DNA from: an uncultured virus (IMG/VR IMGVR_UViG_3300031772_000015)
Lineage: Duplodnaviria; Heunggongvirae; Uroviricota; Caudoviricetes
Reading direction: 5' to 3' (one strand)
Length of the DNA: 20,000 nucleotides
Virus record (IMG/VR): IMGVR_UViG_3300031772_000015
Shown here: piece by piece, positions 16,183 through 20,000 of the stretch
Layout of the letters: each line of letters starts with the position of its first letter
Numbering within the stretch: position 1 is the first letter of the stretch
The notes under the pieces: generated by a model
Databases searched by the model: none
What the model was told of the DNA's origin: nothing
The model's input: only the letters and a program-made list of their open reading frames with translations
Translations under genes and position numbers: made by a program

Positions 16183-16381
16183 TGATGACCTCCACGTACT
16201 CGTCATCAATCCTCAGAACCTCGGTTACATACTTGAATCCCTGTCCAGCCGACACAGCAAAGTTCAGCACCAGGGGTCCATCCCCGAAGAACGAACTATC
16301 CTCAGTCGTGAAAAGAGAAACCTTATCGGCTCCCCGGCCAGTCAGAACAATCACTTTTGTCACGTCAACGCAGAGAATCAT
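16175..16381 (-). CDS. Small hypothetical protein
   Basis: ATGA-coupled, GGAG RBS. Confidence 0.65.
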   Translation of the reverse strand: MILCVDVTKVIVLTGRGADKVSLFTTEDSSFFGDGPLVLNFAVSAGQGFKYVTEVLRIDDEYVEVINA

Positions 16382-16725
16382 TGCAGGACTCCGTATTCAT
16401 TCTCACTGATCGAGTAGTAACAAATAACGCCACGCTGTTGCATTGCCGCCTGGCACTTGGAACACGGCCGGGCATTTGCCAGTCGTCCATTTCGTAGGAT
16501 TCTGACGACATAGACCACCGAGGCAAAATTCAATTTCCGAGTCACGCGGACTTCCGCATGTGCGCGTCTCTCCGGCCCGCGCACCGGGACATTGCTCGCC
16601 GTGACGACGGCTCCATCCGTTCGGACACCGACCGCCCCAAAGCGAAAATGCCGCCGGGCGTCTTTCGAGTCACCTTTCTCAGCAACCACTTTAGCAAGTC
16701 GGAAGTATCTGTTTACACGGTTCAA
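16378..16725 (-). CDS. Cytidine/dCMP deaminase-fold Zn-dependent deaminase (minimal)
   Basis: FGAV, HAE, ARPCSKC motifs; TTG start at 16725 overlapping the upstream TGA, with GAGGA RBS. Confidence 0.8.
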   Translation of the reverse strand: MNRVNRYFRLAKVVAEKGDSKDARRHFRFGAVGVRTDGAVVTASNVPVRGPERRAHAEVRVTRKLNFASVVYVVRILRNGRLANARPCSKCQAAMQQRGVICYYSISENEYGVLQ

Positions 16726-17210
16726 TGGTCGATCCTCACCACGCCACGTTCCTTGCAGACCGGACACCGGCAAGGTGCCTCGGTTCGCTCACCACCATGC
16801 CAGCGCCATTCATCCTCGGCACCCATGAGAAGACTGCCAATTTCGTCCTCTGGCCGGTCAGAGTATTGAATACGATCCACGTACTCCCGGAAACTGTCCA
16901 ACACTTCTTGATCTGATTGGCCTGTATCAAAGGTCCAATGCGAAAACCAGCCCGAGCACCAAGTATCTCGACAACGCAACTCGACGATAAGCGTCAGGTC
17001 GGCCGGTTCTAAGAGTTTCTTGGAATACTCCGGCCACCAATCCCGCAACAGCCGTTCAACAACGTCCGTTTCTTCACGTTCCATTGTATCCCAACTACTG
17101 CCATTCCAAAATCGACCCGCAGGCAACTCAGACGCACGCATGTTGTGCGCCGCCGTCTCGGGCGGATACCGTTCGGACCAACGTACCTTGACATGATAGA
17201 TTGGATACAT
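16722..17210 (-). CDS. Hypothetical Trp-rich protein with a C-terminal CxCxxC...H
   Basis: TGATG-coupled start at 17210; LMGAEDEWRW...PCRCPVC...IDH. Confidence 0.7.
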   Translation of the reverse strand: MYPIYHVKVRWSERYPPETAAHNMRASELPAGRFWNGSSWDTMEREETDVVERLLRDWWPEYSKKLLEPADLTLIVELRCRDTWCSGWFSHWTFDTGQSDQEVLDSFREYVDRIQYSDRPEDEIGSLLMGAEDEWRWHGGERTEAPCRCPVCKERGVVRIDH

Positions 17211-17674
17211 CAGTATGTCTCTCCCTTCCAATTTCGCATCATGGCGACAGCCTCATTTCTTGCCCGCCAACTCGGCCACTGTGGATTTGTCGGAAGCGGC
17301 CACTTCGTTCTCGGCTTGATTCGGAAAAGATCGTGGAGTGCGCCGTCCTGAAATCCAATGGAACTGGCATCTTTCCGCGTGGCCGCAAAGTACAACTCGC
17401 TCACGTTTGCCCACAGGATGGCGGCCAGACACATCGGGCACGGCTCGCAACTGCTGTATAGTGTGCAGCCTTGCAGGTTGTATGTTTCGAGAATCTGACA
17501 GGCGGCCCGAATCGCATTGATCTCGGCATGGGCGGTCGGGTCACGGTTCGGGACAACCAGATTGGTGGCTCGGGCAACCAATTTGTCATCTTTGATGATA
17601 ATTGCTCCGAACGGCCCGCCCGGACTCTGGCTGGCATCCTTGATCGCAATTTGAATCCAGTCATAGGGTTTCAT
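17210..17674 (-). CDS. guaD: Guanine deaminase-like nucleoside deaminase (CDA superfamily)
   Basis: GGPFGA, DPTAHAE, CEPCPMC, DA..IGFQD and a C-terminal Tyr, as in Bacillus-type GuaD. Confidence 0.75.
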   Translation of the reverse strand: MKPYDWIQIAIKDASQSPGGPFGAIIIKDDKLVARATNLVVPNRDPTAHAEINAIRAACQILETYNLQGCTLYSSCEPCPMCLAAILWANVSELYFAATRKDASSIGFQDGALHDLFRIKPRTKWPLPTNPQWPSWRARNEAVAMMRNWKGETY

Positions 17675-17979
17675 GGCGTCTCCTCCGGGTGTGTGACAAA
17701 ATACTCAAAATGCCGATACCAGACCGGCCATAGTTTCAGGTACTCCCGAACAGCCGGAGATGCCATCGCCTTGACAAAGCGGCGGATTCGCATAAATGAA
17801 AGATTCTTTGCCTCGAACATCTCACCCATTTGAGCAAGTTCTTTCGCACCTTGCCAAGCCAGATTTGTTCCCGGCGTCTTAAAGTATTGCCCAACAAGCG
17901 TGCAGGTCTGACACTTTGGACACTTTGAGGCACCCCATAAATGCCGACCACACTCAAAACAAACATACTTAGGGTTCAT
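17671..17979 (-). CDS. Hypothetical protein with a Zn ribbon (CFEC...CPKC)
   Basis: ATGA-coupled to the recombinase stop; GGGAG RBS. Confidence 0.7.
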   Translation of the reverse strand: MNPKYVCFECGRHLWGASKCPKCQTCTLVGQYFKTPGTNLAWQGAKELAQMGEMFEAKNLSFMRIRRFVKAMASPAVREYLKLWPVWYRHFEYFVTHPEETP

Positions 17980-18725
17980 CGCATGACTCCCAGTTTCTTG
18001 GACTTCCCAAGATATTCCTTTCCAAGATAACGATTGATGATGCACCACACCCGCCCCTCGGTAAATGGCAGCTTGCGGGTAGTCTTGAATCCCCGTTCAT
18101 TGAGCCAATCCCGGATTTGAGCCATCGTCTGCCCGGCTTCTCTTTGCTCGCGGATCATGGGAATGAGAATCTCGTACTGGCTCGCCATCTCCCGGCGTCT
18201 CTTTTCTGTCGCCGCAGCCACAGCCTTCTTCCAGCCGCGTTCCTTTCCGTCCCAATGCCCCGGTCTGGCGCTTCCCAGTTTCACGCCCTGTTTCTTCGCC
18301 TCAGCCAAAGCGGCTTTTGTTCTTTCTGAAATGAGACGGGACTCCTCTTCGGCGACGGCCGCCAGAATATGTAGAGTCAATCTGGTCGCACTCGGATGGT
18401 CACAACAGATAAAGGGAACATCCGAATCCATGAGATTGGCCGTGAAAGCGACATTCCGGGCCAGCCGGTCGAGCTTCGCAATGAGCAATGTCGCTCCCAC
18501 GGCCTTCGCATGAGCCAGGGCCTTTTGCAGTTCAGGACGATTATTGTGTCTCCCGGTCTCGACCTCGGTATACGTAGCGAGGATGGGGCCTTCCTTCGGG
18601 AATCGGTCTACCATCGTCCGTTGGGCTTCCAGACCGAGACCGGTAAAACGAATCTTGCTGCCCTTCCGTTTGTCCTGTTTTGGACTGCTCACACGATAGT
18701 AAACAATGTAGTCGGTCATACCCAT
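17976..18725 (-). CDS. Serine recombinase (resolvase/invertase catalytic domain plus C-terminal DNA-binding region)
   Basis: YYRVSS.KQ (catalytic Ser), [38 protein letters not shown]...LNERG..T. Start 18725 or 18719. Confidence 0.92.
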   Translation of the reverse strand: MGMTDYIVYYRVSSPKQDKRKGSKIRFTGLGLEAQRTMVDRFPKEGPILATYTEVETGRHNNRPELQKALAHAKAVGATLLIAKLDRLARNVAFTANLMDSDVPFICCDHPSATRLTLHILAAVAEEESRLISERTKAALAEAKKQGVKLGSARPGHWDGKERGWKKAVAAATEKRRREMASQYEILIPMIREQREAGQTMAQIRDWLNERGFKTTRKLPFTEGRVWCIINRYLGKEYLGKSKKLGVMR

Positions 18726-18809
18726 CTAAGCGACACTCAAACGGCCTTGGACCAAGAATCGTGTAAACGCCTTGCAATTTCACCTGCAAGACGCCCTCGC
18801 CTCTGACGG

Positions 18810-18838
18810 GGGATTCGACCCCTAATTCACCCGAGGGG
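18810..18838. repeat. 29-bp direct repeat, copy 1 (GGGATTYGACCCCTAATTCACCCGAGGGG)
   Basis: 28/29 identical to 19255-19283; internal dyad CCCCT-N10-AGGGG. Confidence 0.9.
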
Positions 18839-18869
18839 GTAATGTTGCAAGTCACTTAGTACAAACGAC

Positions 18870-19121
18870 TTATACCTGCAAGACACCAGTACCCCAGACG
18901 AGTTGTTTTGACAAAGATTGTCCTAAGTATATTGCAGCTTGCTGGTTATGACAAATTGCTCCGGCAAACCTGGTTAGGTGAACTACCAGCGCGCCATTAT
19001 CTGTATTATAGGATTTGTAATTTGTGATGATTTCTAAGATTTCTTCACCATTTGGGTCCACTATGTACATATAAAGGAGAGGGTGAAGTTCACCAAAATA
19101 CCAACGACTCCAAATTGACAT
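18870..19121 (-). CDS. Doubtful AT-rich ORF between the direct repeats
   Basis: 83-aa ORF with no recognisable motif; region is dense in regulatory-looking motifs. Confidence 0.3.
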   Translation of the reverse strand: MSIWSRWYFGELHPLLYMYIVDPNGEEILEIITNYKSYNTDNGALVVHLTRFAGAICHNQQAAIYLGQSLSKQLVWGTGVLQV

Positions 19122-19254
19122 AACCTGAATCGTGTGAAGGACTTCCGGTAAATCACTTTTCCTGATCCCCCTCCTTTATGGTTCACCAGATTACACTTGG
19201 GACGGGTAACTGCTTGGTGAGGAATTTGTCAGTTTTCTCACTTACTACTTATGA

Positions 19255-19283
19255 GGGATTTGACCCCTAATTCACCCGAGGGG
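19255..19283. repeat. 29-bp direct repeat, copy 2
   Basis: 28/29 identical to 18810-18838; dyad extends to ACCCCT-N10-AGGGGT. Confidence 0.9.
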
Positions 19284-19716
19284 TATTCCTCGCGTCAGTT
19301 TTCACTGCCGCGTCAGACTCCCTCTAAGGTGGTATACCACGGTCGAAGGAGCATGGCGGTTTGCCGGTTGTGCCGGTTGTATCGGTCGTGCCGGATTTGA
19401 CCCCACCCGGCATGGCCGGACCCCGATAACCGGCATAACCTGCAAGATTCTGTCGTTATAACTGTTATAATCAGAACTACTTACGTTTAATTGTTGTCCG
19501 ATGATTGTATCGGATGCCCTGCCCTGCCCAGCATGAGTATGATTGTAATGATTGTAATGATTCTTTGCATCTTGCGGGTTGTCGGGGTTATGCCTATTAT
19601 TTAGGCACGCCCTGCCCGATTCCGGGCAATCGTCAAATCCCGCATAATCATGGCCATAACCGTGTCTGTTAAATTCCACCTTCTCGCTGCAATGTGTCCA
19701 GACGTAACTACTGTTA

Positions 19717-19732
19717 GCGCAAGCGCTTGCGC
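19717..19732. repeat. Perfect 16-bp palindrome GCGCAAGCGCTTGCGC
   Basis: Read directly from the sequence. Confidence 0.85.
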
Positions 19733-19853
19733 CATAATCGTTGCCACCTGCAAGATTCAGTTATGCTAATAGTAATGGTTACACAGTATAAGTTGGTTGT
19801 GCCTAAAATAGTAGCAGTATCAATCTTGCGGGTTGAAACAGTTGTCGGGGTCC

Positions 19854-19951
19854 GCCCGATGCCCTGCCCCGCCCGATGCCCCGCCCGATGCCCTGCCCGA
19901 TGCCCTGCCCGATGCCCTGCCCGATGCCCTGCCCGATGCCCCGCCCTGCCC
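19854..19951. repeat. Tandem array of a GCCC(T/C)GCCCGAT 12-mer, G-rich on the minus strand
   Basis: Seven GCCCGAT units interleaved with GCCCT/GCCCC; related copies near 19513 and 19609. Confidence 0.95.
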
Positions 19952-20000
19952 GGCGGCCCTCTCTGCCCGGATGTGCGGGACGTGTGGGATGCGCCGGATG

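Noticed and set aside
17976..18725. IS607-family or Tn3-type transposon built on the serine recombinase
   Set aside because: No TnpB or transposase nearby, no N-terminal HTH as in IS607 TnpA, and no terminal inverted repeats seen.
4411..18729. 12-bp match ATACCCATCTAA upstream of both the terS-like gene (4411) and the recombinase (18718)
   Set aside because: Several 12-bp matches are expected by chance in 20 kb.
18810..19283. Possible CRISPR mini-array from the 29-bp repeats
   Set aside because: Only two copies, 416 bp apart, far longer than a spacer; no cas genes.
19302..19679. 125-aa minus-strand ORF
   Set aside because: Low-complexity translation of DNA-level repeats with no recognisable domain; probably non-coding.

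Overview
Segment of a tailed dsDNA phage or prophage genome. About 35 tightly packed, often translationally coupled CDSs all lie on the minus strand, so the window reads right to left. It starts with a ~1.3 kb largely non-coding, repeat-rich region (18730-20000) containing a 29-bp direct repeat, iterated short motifs, palindromes and a G-rich 12-mer tandem array. Next come a serine recombinase and an early/accessory block: a GuaD-like deaminase, a second CDA-fold deaminase, a UPF0489-like protein, a Zn/OB-fold protein, a SprT-like protease, a TopoVI-A/Mini-A-like TOPRIM protein, a GHKL-type ATPase with rearranged motif order, a tRNA-like element with an aberrant anticodon arm, and many small hypotheticals. 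The left end holds a probable terminase small subunit followed by an unusual envelope-targeted cluster: permuted NlpC/P60, lipoprotein papain-like peptidase, membrane-anchored thioredoxin-fold protein, TM protein and lipoprotein thioredoxin. This cluster may be a non-canonical lysis or envelope-remodelling module; a Planctomycetota-like host is inference only. Five free-standing HNH/GIY-YIG endonuclease genes are interspersed, one interrupted by an in-frame TAA. All family calls are by-eye motif recognition; no searches were run.
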